Of a stretch of 64,000 nucleotides of DNA, positions 27,593 to 38,436 are shown piece by piece. This DNA is from Trueperaceae bacterium (GTDB lineage Bacteria; Deinococcota; Deinococci; Deinococcales; Trueperaceae), in assembly GCA_965214405.1 (NCBI GenBank), contig OZ243956.1, forward strand, positions 128,001-192,000. Direction: 5' to 3'. The notes below the pieces were generated by a model, which saw nothing but the letters and a program-made list of their open reading frames with translations, ran no database searches and was not told where the DNA came from. Each line of letters opens with the position of its first letter. Positions within the stretch are counted from its first letter, which is position 1. The position numbers and the translations under genes are program-made.

Positions 27593-28099
27593 TCAAGCCG
27601 AGGAGCGCTCGAGCAAGCGGGAAAGCTCCGCCAGGGTGGAGAGCGCGTCGCGGTCATTGTCGCGGAGTTGGGCCTCGAGCGTAAACAGACTGCTTTCTAA
27701 CTCCGGCCAGGTGGCGCTCGAGCCGTAAAGGTGCTCTAAACTGTTGTACAGAACATCGTAGTCGACCACGAGCAGCGACAGGTCGCGCTTCGCCGCCGCC
27801 TCGGCCCGGAACGAGGCGAGGCGCGCCATCACCTCCATAAAGAGAAGCTGGTCTTGCATCCCCTCGATTTGCGGCGCGCTACTCACCGACAGCGCGCCTT
27901 GGGGCGGCAGCGCCTCGCGCAGCCGGTTGGTGCGGTAGAGCCAGAAGCCGCCGCCCGCCGCGAAAAAAAGCAGCACCACCACCACCCAGGGCAAAATCCG
28001 CTTGGGCCGAATTCGCAGGCGCTTGAGCCGCCCCCTAAGCGCTGTTCCGACCCGCTCCCTTCTCGATGAAATTTCTTTCACAAGGTCCGTGTCTCTCAT
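27593..28099 (-). CDS. Hypothetical single-pass membrane protein
   Basis: One transmembrane segment; TAGGCT 6 nt before the ATG. Confidence 0.6.
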   Translation of the reverse strand: MRDTDLVKEISSRRERVGTALRGRLKRLRIRPKRILPWVVVVLLFFAAGGGFWLYRTNRLREALPPQGALSVSSAPQIEGMQDQLLFMEVMARLASFRAEAAAKRDLSLLVVDYDVLYNSLEHLYGSSATWPELESSLFTLEAQLRDNDRDALSTLAELSRLLERSSA

Positions 28100-28353
28100 G
28101 GCGTCAGCCTAGCACGCACGCCCGCGTATCGAAGGTGCGCTTTTGTAAAAATATCTGCAAGACTTAAGAAGGCGCCTCTTGCTTCCCCGGCTTGTCACGC
28201 GGACGGGCTCGAGCGCCGTCACCCAACCTCTATAAAAGGCCGTAAAAGGCGTTTGTCGAGGAGGTCAATTTACGCGCGCAGATACCTGTTATAAAAGAGA
28301 TGTGACGCTCGCCTCTTTCTCCCACCCGAACGTCGGGGCTTCGGGGCGCTGAG

Positions 28354-29547
28354 GTGGCCCGCATCGTCTACGCGCTCTGCGGGGAGGGGCGCGGGCACCT
28401 CTCGAGGACGCTGGCCGTGGTCGAGACCTTGCGCGGCAGAGGTCACGAGATCATGTTTTGTTGCGGGGGCGCGGCCAGGGAGACGCTCGAGGCCGGGGCT
28501 AAACACGGTGAAACTAGCGACGTGCTCTCTGTACCCGCCTTGGGTCAAAGCGTCAGGGACAATCGCGTCAATTTTTTCGAGACGGTGCGCCGCAACCTAG
28601 CCCCTATCCTTTTCAAACCCGAAATCGTGCGGGGGCTGGCAAGGCGTTTGGAGGCGCTCGAGCCTGCTGTGCTCGTGACCGACTTCGAGCCCTTTAGCGC
28701 CCTCGCCGCGGAGCTTATCGGCCTGCCCACCGTGTCCCTGAACCGTCAGCAGATTCTCACCGAAACCCGCCCCAGGGTACCGCGGGCGCACTCTCTTAAC
28801 GCCGCCCTGACCGCGGGCGTGGTGCGGCACATCACGCCGCGACGACCCGCGCACGTTATCCTGCCCTCTTTTGCCCCCCCCTCACCGCCCCGCCGCCCCG
28901 AGCGGGTCAGCCTGGTGCCGCCCATCATCCGCGCCGCGGTGCGAACGCGGACGCCGAGTACGGGCGAGCACGTCGTCGTCTACACCAACCACGTGGGGGC
29001 GGCGGAGGTGCTGGGGGCGCTGCGCGGTTTAGACCAGCCTTTTGTGCTTTTCGGTTTCGGTCAGGAGGTTGGGCAGAGCGAACGAGGCGGCAATTTGACG
29101 TTTGAGCCGCCTTCCGAAGGGGGTTTTCTGGACGCGCTTACGAGCAGCCGGGGCGTGATTTGCACGGCGGGTTTTACGCTTCTTAGCGAGGCGCTTTACC
29201 TGGGCAAACCCATTCTGGCGGTGCCCAACCGCGGCTCTTTCGAGCAGACGCTGAACGCGCTCGAGCTGGCGCGTAAAGGCTTAGGCGAGACGGTGATCGG
29301 ACGCTCGCTCACCAGGGAGGACGTGACGGAATTTTTAAGAGCATCAGGAGCGTTGCGGCAGCCACATTTTCGTCCCGGTAACGACGCGGCAGCCGACATT
29401 ATCGAGAGGGTGATGGGTGAGCGGGAGCTGAGAAGAGAACGGGTGGAGGATGGGGGCAGGGGCCGTCGCCCCGTAACCACGTCTATACCCTCGTCACTCA
29501 CCTCTGCATCCACGTCCAAAGCCGCTCACAGGGTACTGGGAACGTAA
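28354..29547 (+). CDS. GT-B glycosyltransferase (MJ1255/VC2487-like)
   Basis: 'YALCGEGRGHLSR', 'TDFEP', 'CTAGFTLLSEALYLGKPILAVP..FEQ.LNA'. Confidence 0.88.
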   Translation: MARIVYALCGEGRGHLSRTLAVVETLRGRGHEIMFCCGGAARETLEAGAKHGETSDVLSVPALGQSVRDNRVNFFETVRRNLAPILFKPEIVRGLARRLEALEPAVLVTDFEPFSALAAELIGLPTVSLNRQQILTETRPRVPRAHSLNAALTAGVVRHITPRRPAHVILPSFAPPSPPRRPERVSLVPPIIRAAVRTRTPSTGEHVVVYTNHVGAAEVLGALRGLDQPFVLFGFGQEVGQSERGGNLTFEPPSEGGFLDALTSSRGVICTAGFTLLSEALYLGKPILAVPNRGSFEQTLNALELARKGLGETVIGRSLTREDVTEFLRASGALRQPHFRPGNDAAADIIERVMGERELRRERVEDGGRGRRPVTTSIPSSLTSASTSKAAHRVLGT

Positions 29548-30596
29548 TGACGCGTGTTCTCCTGCTGTCGCTCCTTTTTAGCGTCTTGGGCGTTGTCGCG
29601 GTGCTCTTCGCGCTCGGGGGGCCGCAGGACTTGAGGGCGTTATCAGAAATTCCTTTTTGGGCCTTTGGCGGCGGCCTGGGGCTGCTCGCGCTCAACTATC
29701 TCTGCGGCGCGCTGCGCCTCTCCCTGCTCACGCGCACGCTCGGTGAACCTCTGGGACTCCGGCAGGCGTGGCAGGCTTACGTGCTGGGCCGCTTTGGCGC
29801 CGCGGTAACGCCCAGCGGCAGCGGTTCGGTGCCCGCGGTGGCGCTGACGCTTGTGGGGCGCGGCCTCTCCCCCGAGCAGGCCTGGTCGGTGCCGCTCTAC
29901 ACCTCCGTGCTGGACCTGTTCTTTTTCGCCTGGGCAGCCCCGCTCGCCGTGCTTACGGCCCTCAACGCGCTCCCCGGCGTGTCGCTTAGCCCCTGGCTCG
30001 CGCTGCTCCTGGCGGCTCTTTTTCTCGGCAGCGGCTACGGACTGGCTTACCGGCTAGGAAGCCTCACGCGGCCCGTGTTTTGGCTCTTCTCGTTCTCGCC
30101 GCTTCTGCGCTGGCGGAGAGGTGCGCTGCGCGCACTTTGGCGCACCTCGAGCGCCCTCGCCACGATGCGCGGGGGCGGCCCCTTGCGCGGTCTCCTTTTG
30201 GGGCTGCTCACGCCGCTCATCCACGGCTCGAGCTACGCGATTTTCTTCCTTTTCGCCCGCGCTCTGGACCTCCACACGCCGCCCCTCTTTTCGCTCGCCG
30301 TGGTGCTTTTATCGTCCGTGGCTTCGTTCGCGGTGCCCACGCCGGGCGGGAGCGGGGCTTTGGAGGTGATGGTGGGTCTCGCTATTGGCCGCTCCGCCGA
30401 CGCGGGGGTGAACCCGGCACTCGCCCCGACTGTCACCGCCAACGTAACCGCCAACGTAACCGCCGCCGTGATCGCCTGGCGCTTGACGAGCCACTACAGC
30501 AACGTGGTGGTGGGCGCGGTTTTGGGTGGTCCGCTGCTGGGCCGTCTGCTCGAGTTCGGCAAGAGGTCCGAAGGACCCCAAGCGCCCGCGCCGTGA
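29547..30596 (+). CDS. Lysylphosphatidylglycerol synthase TM-domain / flippase-like protein (UPF0104)
   Basis: 'AVTPSGSG', 'PTPGGSG.LE', 'WRLTSHY'; overlaps the glycosyltransferase stop. Confidence 0.82.
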   Translation: MTRVLLLSLLFSVLGVVAVLFALGGPQDLRALSEIPFWAFGGGLGLLALNYLCGALRLSLLTRTLGEPLGLRQAWQAYVLGRFGAAVTPSGSGSVPAVALTLVGRGLSPEQAWSVPLYTSVLDLFFFAWAAPLAVLTALNALPGVSLSPWLALLLAALFLGSGYGLAYRLGSLTRPVFWLFSFSPLLRWRRGALRALWRTSSALATMRGGGPLRGLLLGLLTPLIHGSSYAIFFLFARALDLHTPPLFSLAVVLLSSVASFAVPTPGGSGALEVMVGLAIGRSADAGVNPALAPTVTANVTANVTAAVIAWRLTSHYSNVVVGAVLGGPLLGRLLEFGKRSEGPQAPAP

Positions 30597-30892
30597 GCGT
30601 TTGCTTTGAGACGCCGACCTTCACCCCCCATGACCTTCACCCCCTCACTGTGCGCGCCGCTATGTTGCTCAGGGAGAGCCTGCTAAGCTTAGGGGGTGCG
30701 GTTTTGGCGCGGCAGCGTTTTTGAAGCTCGTCCGTCAGCCATAGCCGTGACTTCAGCCGCTTTTATCTTGATGGCGTTTTTATGGGAATGAGCAAGTTTA
30801 TAGGAATGAGCAAGACCAAAACTATTCTGAGACCTGATGAGACCCGGTAAACCTGAGAACCAAACTGTACAACGTAACGGTTAGGAGAGAGC

Positions 30893-32524
<1,632 letters not shown>

Positions 32525-32757
32525 GGACGACAGACAAAAAAACAAGCGCACCTGCTCGAGCGCTTACGCGGACTCAAAAGCAGGTACGCTTGCTTGTTCC
32601 CCTCACCACACTGCCCCCCGGCGAAGAGCTTGAGGTAACTATACGCGGCCTTCGCCCCTTGGAACAGGGGAAAAAATACTACTAAAACAAGTACCCCCCC
32701 CCTTACCAACCACTACCACTTTTGGTATACTCGGTTGCGGGAAAAATGGGGGGATTT

Positions 32758-33015
32758 GTGAATAGTGAAGAGTTGCTGGACCACATCTTTGAGGCGGTGC
32801 AGACAGCGTCGCTGTGTTTGCATACGATTGGAGAAGGGGGCGCTGACACCGTTTCCCTAGAAACATCTTTAACGGCACTTCATAACGAAGCATTGGATGC
32901 GTTTTTCAAGGGGGACCGGGGGACGTTGCGCGCGCTCCACCGGGAGGTGGGCGGGCTGACGCGGGGGCTGCTCGAGCGGGCCTACGGCAGGAAAACGGTG
33001 GCCGTCATCCTCTGA
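32758..33015 (+). CDS. Hypothetical protein
   Basis: Short helical ORF; start uncertain (32722 or 32758). Confidence 0.4.
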   Translation: MNSEELLDHIFEAVQTASLCLHTIGEGGADTVSLETSLTALHNEALDAFFKGDRGTLRALHREVGGLTRGLLERAYGRKTVAVIL

Positions 33016-33175
33016 CTTTTTTGTGAACCCTTCTGTGGACTGTTCTGTGGGCTGTTGAAAAAGCGGGTTAACCCCCTTAACTTGGTTCATGAGAAAGGTT
33101 CACGGGGGGCTGTTACCGTCAACCTGAGTGGGTAACTTCAAAGGTAAGGCCCACGCATCGTCAGGAGTGTAAGAT

Positions 33176-34534
33176 ATGAAGTTAAACCGGTTTTTTACGT
33201 CCTTATATGCCGCGCTAATTTTTAGCGTCGGCTCAGTGGGCCTGTTGGGCGCGACCACCGCCTTTGCGCAAACAGGGGGCGCGACGGGGGGTGCGCAGGC
33301 CATCACGGGCCTTTCGGACGGGGCGCTGCTCGAGTACGAACAAAACACCATCAGCATCGTAGAAGAGTATAGCCCAAGCGTGGTGGCGGTAAACCTTACG
33401 GTGCAGGGTGAGCCCGTACTGCCCGAAGGATACGAGGAGTTTTTTGACCAAGTACCCGAGCAGTTCCGCCGCTTTTTCCAGCAGCCCGAACAGGGTCCCG
33501 CCCCGCGGCCGCAACAAGGCAGCGGTAGCGGCTTTGTGGTAGACGACCAGGGTCGCATCATCACCAACTACCATGTGGTGAGGTCGGCGCTCCAGGAGGA
33601 AAGCGTCGAGCCACGCGAGGGTGCCGAAATCACCGTGACTTTTCCGTCCTCCGACGAGGAGTTCCCGGTGCGCGTGGTGGGGGCCAACCAGACTTACGAC
33701 CTCGCGCTCTTAGAGCTTACCGACCCCGACGCGCTGCCGCAGGCGGTCCGGGAAGTTGTGCCCATCCCCATCGCCGACTCCGACGAGGTGCTGGTAGGTC
33801 AGAAAGCCGTTGCCATTGGCAATCCTTTCGGGTTTGCGACCACGGTTACTCAGGGCGTCGTGTCGGGCGTTTCCCGCACGCTCCCCGGCGTCGGCGACCA
33901 GAGTGTAGGCTACAACATTCCTCTTATCCAGACGGACGCGCCCATCAACCCCGGCAACTCAGGCGGGCCGCTACTCAACTCGAGAGGCGAACTCATCGGC
34001 ATCAACACCGCTATCATTCCCAACGTCGGCATCACGGGTGAACGCGGCAACTTAGGGATAGGCTTCGCGGTGCCCGCCAACTTCTTGGCGAGCAACCTCG
34101 CGCAGCTTGAAGAGGGCGGCCTTATCAACCTCCAGTCGAGGGCGCGTTTGGGTATAGGCATTGCCAGCGTGCAGGACTACCCCGCAAACGTCCGCGAAAG
34201 GCTCGACCTGCCCGAGCAAGGCGTGGTTATCCTCCAGGTCGAGCCGGGCAGCGCCGCCGAGGCCGCGGGCCTGCAGGGCGGCGACATCGAGATCATGATC
34301 GAAGGTCAGGCCGTGCCCGCGGGCGGCGACGTGATCCTCGCGGTGGACGGCGCCGAGGTCACGGACCCGAGCGAGCTCCAAAACCTCATTTTCAGCCGCG
34401 GCGAGGGCGACACCGTCGAGCTCCGCATCTTGCGGGGCGGCGAGGAGCAGACCGTCGAGGTCACGCTCGCCCGCGTGCAGCAGGATGAAGCGGACGAAGA
34501 AGGCGGCGGGACCGGCGGGAACAACGGCAACTAA
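33176..34534 (+). CDS. HtrA/DegP-family serine protease with one PDZ domain
   Basis: GSGF, TNYHVV, DLALL, IQTDAPINPGNSGGPL, C-terminal PDZ. Confidence 0.95.
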   Translation: MKLNRFFTSLYAALIFSVGSVGLLGATTAFAQTGGATGGAQAITGLSDGALLEYEQNTISIVEEYSPSVVAVNLTVQGEPVLPEGYEEFFDQVPEQFRRFFQQPEQGPAPRPQQGSGSGFVVDDQGRIITNYHVVRSALQEESVEPREGAEITVTFPSSDEEFPVRVVGANQTYDLALLELTDPDALPQAVREVVPIPIADSDEVLVGQKAVAIGNPFGFATTVTQGVVSGVSRTLPGVGDQSVGYNIPLIQTDAPINPGNSGGPLLNSRGELIGINTAIIPNVGITGERGNLGIGFAVPANFLASNLAQLEEGGLINLQSRARLGIGIASVQDYPANVRERLDLPEQGVVILQVEPGSAAEAAGLQGGDIEIMIEGQAVPAGGDVILAVDGAEVTDPSELQNLIFSRGEGDTVELRILRGGEEQTVEVTLARVQQDEADEEGGGTGGNNGN

Positions 34535-34555
34535 GCCGAGCGGAGCCAGCAGACT

Positions 34556-34585
34556 GTAGGGCGCACGAAAGCGCCCTACTTTTTT
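34556..34585 (+). terminator. Intrinsic terminator after the HtrA gene
   Basis: GTAGGGCGC-acgaaa-GCGCCCTAC followed by T6. Confidence 0.9.
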
Positions 34586-34661
34586 GTCGAGCCTCTACCG
34601 TTGGGGCGCGTTTCTGCGGGTAAGGGTTCAAAAGCGGGAGAGGGTGAACGTCACGCCCTTT

Positions 34662-36632
34662 TCAGGCGTGCGCCCCGAACCACTCGAGAATCGCCTCCAA
34701 CCGCTGAACTCTCCTGTCGGGCCTACCCGAACGCGACAACTCGTGGCCCTCACCCGGAAACCTGATGAACTTGGTGTCTACTTTGCCGATACGTTTGAGC
34801 GCGATAAAAAACTGCTCGGCTTGCTCGACGGGGCAGCGGTGGTCCTCTTCGGCGTGGATGATGAGCGTGGGCGTACTGACGTTGTTCACATATTTGAGCG
34901 GACTCTGCTCCCACAGCCTCTCAAGATTCTCCCACGGGTTGCCCGCGACCTCCAACTCGCCAAAGCGGTAGCCGATATCCGACGCGCCGTAAAATGACAA
35001 CCAGTTGCAGATAGAGCGCTGCGTGACCGCCGACTGAAACTCGTCGGTATGGCCGACCAGCCAGTTCGTCATAAAGCCGCCGTAGGAGCCGCCGGTGAGG
35101 TGCATGGGTGCTTTGGTGTCGGCTCGAGCCGCGCGCGCAATCGTCAGCACGTCGTCCGCGTCGATGGTGCCGTAGCCGCCCAGCATGGCGGTGGCGAAGT
35201 CTGCGCCGTAAGACGAGCTTCCCCTCGGGTTGCCAAAGACCACTGTGTAGCCCGCCGAGGCGAGAAGCTGAAACTCGAGATAAAAGCCGTAGCCGTAGTT
35301 CGTGTGCGGGCCGCCGTGAACCTGGAGCACCAGCGCTTTGTCCTTGCGCGGCTTTGAAGGTGCTAACGTCCAATAAGCGAGCGTCGGCCCGCCCTCCGCT
35401 TGCGCTTCATGCGCCTGCACCTCGCTCAGCCGGTACTTTTCAACAAACGCGTCGTTTACACTGCTCAGCCTGCGCTCTTCGACCTGCCCCTCCTCGCGCC
35501 CGCGGTAAAAAAGTTCGCCCGGTTGATGAGGCGTCTCGGCGGTAAAGAGAAACGCGCCCGCCGCGTAACGAAAGCTCGTGACGACACGCTCTTCATCATC
35601 CAGAGGTTTCAAGCCCCCCGTCTCGACGTCCACCGCCGCAAGGCCGCTGCGCCCTTCTCTGTTCGCGTTGATGTAGACCGTGCGCGCGTCTGACCACTGC
35701 GGGATACTCAGCAGCGCGCCGTAACGGCTGTCGCCGCCAACGCTCGGCGCGGCGTCATGGTCGTGCGACAGCAGCCGCGCCGCGCCCCCGCCGCTGGGCA
35801 CGAGCCAGAGCCCCGTGGGCGACGCGAAATTATCGCCGTCTGTCGGCGCAAAAAAAGCGACGTGCTCCCCGTCCGGCGAGGGTGAGGGCGAGGAGGTCAT
35901 CGTAGGACCTTTAACAAGCGCTTTCGCCTTGCCGCCCTTCGTCGGCAGCCGCCAGATGGAACTCTCCCAGCGGTCGTCCGCCTCTACATTTTTGGCTCCG
36001 CTAAAGTAGAGCGCGCCGCCGTCGGGGCTGAAAACGAGCCCGCTCGGGTCGCTTTTTAGCTTGCTCAGAACTTTAGCTTTGCGCTTCTCCACATCAAAAA
36101 GATAAATCTGCGCGGGCTCCGCGGCGCGAAAGCCTACGCCGTCGTTTTTGTAAAACATCCGCTCGATGACGCGGCCCCGGCCCGCCTTGGCGTCCTCGTC
36201 CTCCCAATCGCCACGCGACACGAACGCGAGTCGGTCTCCTTCCGGATGCCACGCGAACGCTGACACCCCCGCCTTGTACTCCGTCAGCCTTTCGGCCTCT
36301 CCCCCGGCGAGCGGGATGAGGTAGAGCTGCGGCTTGTCCTCCTCCTCCCGCTTGGATAAAAACGCCAGGTGAGCCCCGTCCGGAGAAAAGCGCGGCTGCG
36401 TGTTGCTTTTGCCCGTGCGGATAAAGGGGCGCGAGGTGTTTTCACGGAGGTCGTAAAGGTGGATTTCGGAGCGGTAGAAGGGGGGTTTGGGAGGGCTCGA
36501 GCCCTCCCCACCTTCCTCCGGCGTCTCAATCACCGTGTGAACCGCAGCGGCAAGTGCTCCGTCAGCACTCAAAACAGGGTCGGAGAGAAAGGTGAGTTCA
36601 AAAAGCGCGTCGGGTTTAATTTTCTTTGCCAT
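34662..36632 (-). CDS. S9 family peptidase (acylaminoacyl/dipeptidyl peptidase)
   Basis: Beta-propeller repeats, HGGP, GGSYGG, D.RCP, E.HELSRSG; TAGACT 6 nt before ATG 36632. Confidence 0.95.
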   Translation of the reverse strand: MAKKIKPDALFELTFLSDPVLSADGALAAAVHTVIETPEEGGEGSSPPKPPFYRSEIHLYDLRENTSRPFIRTGKSNTQPRFSPDGAHLAFLSKREEEDKPQLYLIPLAGGEAERLTEYKAGVSAFAWHPEGDRLAFVSRGDWEDEDAKAGRGRVIERMFYKNDGVGFRAAEPAQIYLFDVEKRKAKVLSKLKSDPSGLVFSPDGGALYFSGAKNVEADDRWESSIWRLPTKGGKAKALVKGPTMTSSPSPSPDGEHVAFFAPTDGDNFASPTGLWLVPSGGGAARLLSHDHDAAPSVGGDSRYGALLSIPQWSDARTVYINANREGRSGLAAVDVETGGLKPLDDEERVVTSFRYAAGAFLFTAETPHQPGELFYRGREEGQVEERRLSSVNDAFVEKYRLSEVQAHEAQAEGGPTLAYWTLAPSKPRKDKALVLQVHGGPHTNYGYGFYLEFQLLASAGYTVVFGNPRGSSSYGADFATAMLGGYGTIDADDVLTIARAARADTKAPMHLTGGSYGGFMTNWLVGHTDEFQSAVTQRSICNWLSFYGASDIGYRFGELEVAGNPWENLERLWEQSPLKYVNNVSTPTLIIHAEEDHRCPVEQAEQFFIALKRIGKVDTKFIRFPGEGHELSRSGRPDRRVQRLEAILEWFGAHA

Positions 36633-36806
36633 AGGCACAGTCTAGCAGCTTAGAAGTAGCGAGGTTTTTGGCATAAATTTTTCAGAGCGGTCAAAAGAGA
36701 AGTGCCGAGAAATGAGTACCGAGTCGAAGGTGTACTCAGGACTCGGTACTTTAATCTATGCAAAAGAGCTTTAACAGCCTCCTCAATGACGCTCATGCTC
36801 GACGCT

Positions 36807-37529
36807 TTACTCCCGCGCCCGCACCACCGTATAGAGCAAAATCCCCGCCGCCACCGACGCGTTGAGCGCTGCCACCTTACCGCGCATCGGCAGGCCGATG
36901 AGGTCGTCACACTTGTCGCGCACCAAGCGGCGCATCCCCGTGCCCTCCGAGCCAATCACCAGGGCTGCCGCGCGGTCCCAGTCGATCTCCTCCGGTCCCT
37001 TTTCCGCGTCGCCCGTCGCGCCGTAGAGCCAGACGTTGCGGCTTTTGAGCCCGTCCATGTAGCGCGGCAGGTTCTTGACCTGCACCAGCGGCAGGTGCGC
37101 GCTCGCCCCCGCCGAGGTCTTAGCGACCACCGCCGAGAGGGGTGCGCTGCGCCTTTCTTCGGTCACCACGCCGTGCGCGCCCAAGACCTCGGCGCTGCGG
37201 ATAATAGCCCCGTAGTTGCGCGGGTCGCTAATCTGGTCGAGCAAAACGAGCAAGAGCCTTTCGCCGCGCCCTTCGGCAAGGCGAAAGGGCTCCTCCGGGT
37301 CGGCGTAGGTCAGCTCGGGCAGGTCGGCGGCGATACCCTGATGGCGCGTCGTCTTGAGGCTCTGGTCAAGGGTGATGCGGGGCACGTGTTCGACGGGCAC
37401 GTCCTGCTTTTTGGCGAGCGCCTCGAGCTGCTTGACCGTCCCCGGCTGAAGCCCCTGCGCCAGCAAGAGACGCTCCACCGTGCCCTCTTGCAACGCCTCG
37501 ATGACCGCGTTTTTACCGTAGATAATCAT
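36807..37529 (-). CDS. rlmB: 23S rRNA (Gm2251) 2'-O-methyltransferase
   Basis: 'IYGKNAVIEAL', 'HQG', 'DPRNYGAIIRSA', 'GSEGTG', 'LNASVA'. Confidence 0.93.
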   Translation of the reverse strand: MIIYGKNAVIEALQEGTVERLLLAQGLQPGTVKQLEALAKKQDVPVEHVPRITLDQSLKTTRHQGIAADLPELTYADPEEPFRLAEGRGERLLLVLLDQISDPRNYGAIIRSAEVLGAHGVVTEERRSAPLSAVVAKTSAGASAHLPLVQVKNLPRYMDGLKSRNVWLYGATGDAEKGPEEIDWDRAAALVIGSEGTGMRRLVRDKCDDLIGLPMRGKVAALNASVAAGILLYTVVRARE

Positions 37530-37616
37530 GAGGTTCACTATAGCGTTTAGATTGCGAAGCCGGGAGGTGTCAAGGTTCATAGCCTAAATAACTTTAGACC
37601 CCTAAACTGAACAGGC

Positions 37617-38234
37617 ATGTACCATACTTTTTTCGTCCCAAAGTATAATTGGCCGACTACAACGAATGGAATTGTCATACTGTCTGTCTTTTTCGGACTC
37701 CTACTTTTTATAGGTTTTGACCCATCAGAAGCAGGCGGCTGGGTCTTCATAGGTTTTATATTCTTGTTTCTTTTCTGCGCCTATTATCTTCCTAGATTTT
37801 ATGAAATTGAGTTCAGTGACGTTATAACTGTTCGCTTCCCTTTGGGGAGGAAAAAAGTTTACGCCTACAGCGAGGTCCGCCAGATACACGAGAACTATAT
37901 ACGCATGAAAAAGGGGCATTTCTACCTTCGAAATGGCTATCAGATGAACATTAGCAATAGGGACGAACTCCTGCGTATCTTCCAGGCTCTGCTTGAAACA
38001 GGCGTTATTACTAAGGACCAGTTAATGACTGAGGAGGAATTGCGTCTCGAGCGCCAGAAGGGACTCCAAGACGTAGCCATCATCACCGCGCTGGCTGTGC
38101 CCATTTGGTTGATTCTGCTTGTCTCTGGCGTTTTGCCACAGAACGACGCAGCTTTTCCAATACTAAGCTTGATATGGCTCGTTTTCTGCCCGTTCGTCCT
38201 TTTCATCAGGCGTAAGCAGGAGAAAGAGAGCTAA
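37617..38234 (+). CDS. Hypothetical four-TM membrane protein (lower GC)
   Basis: Two N-terminal and two C-terminal hydrophobic segments. Confidence 0.65.
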   Translation: MYHTFFVPKYNWPTTTNGIVILSVFFGLLLFIGFDPSEAGGWVFIGFIFLFLFCAYYLPRFYEIEFSDVITVRFPLGRKKVYAYSEVRQIHENYIRMKKGHFYLRNGYQMNISNRDELLRIFQALLETGVITKDQLMTEEELRLERQKGLQDVAIITALAVPIWLILLVSGVLPQNDAAFPILSLIWLVFCPFVLFIRRKQEKES

Positions 38235-38315
38235 AGCTATCCAGTTGTGTCTACGTCTAAAAGCTAAAGGAATTAAAGAAGGTTTGACTCACAAGCACGT
38301 CCTCACCCTCCAATC

Positions 38316-38419
38316 TGCTATACTCCCTCCTATGAAACGGATGATGCAACCCAGCCCTGGAGCCGGATAGGTACGCCACCTAACCGTCACAGGGCGCTTT
38401 GCAAGCGCCCTTCTTTTTT
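38316..38419 (+). promoter_or_regulatory. metG promoter and leader-peptide transcription attenuator
   Basis: TGcTATACT 38316-38324; uORF 38332-38370; antiterminator 38354-38395; terminator 38391-38419. Confidence 0.8.
38332..38370 (+). CDS. Leaderless Met-rich leader peptide MKRMMQPSPGAG
   Basis: ATG 7 nt after the -10 box; tandem Met codons at positions 4-5. Confidence 0.75.
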   Translation: MKRMMQPSPGAG

Positions 38420-38436
38420 GTGCCCTTAACGGAGGA

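Noticed and set aside
27397..27657. 86-aa ORF with an EPEL repeat
   Set aside because: Start lies inside the upstream gene with no clear initiation signal; cannot be supported
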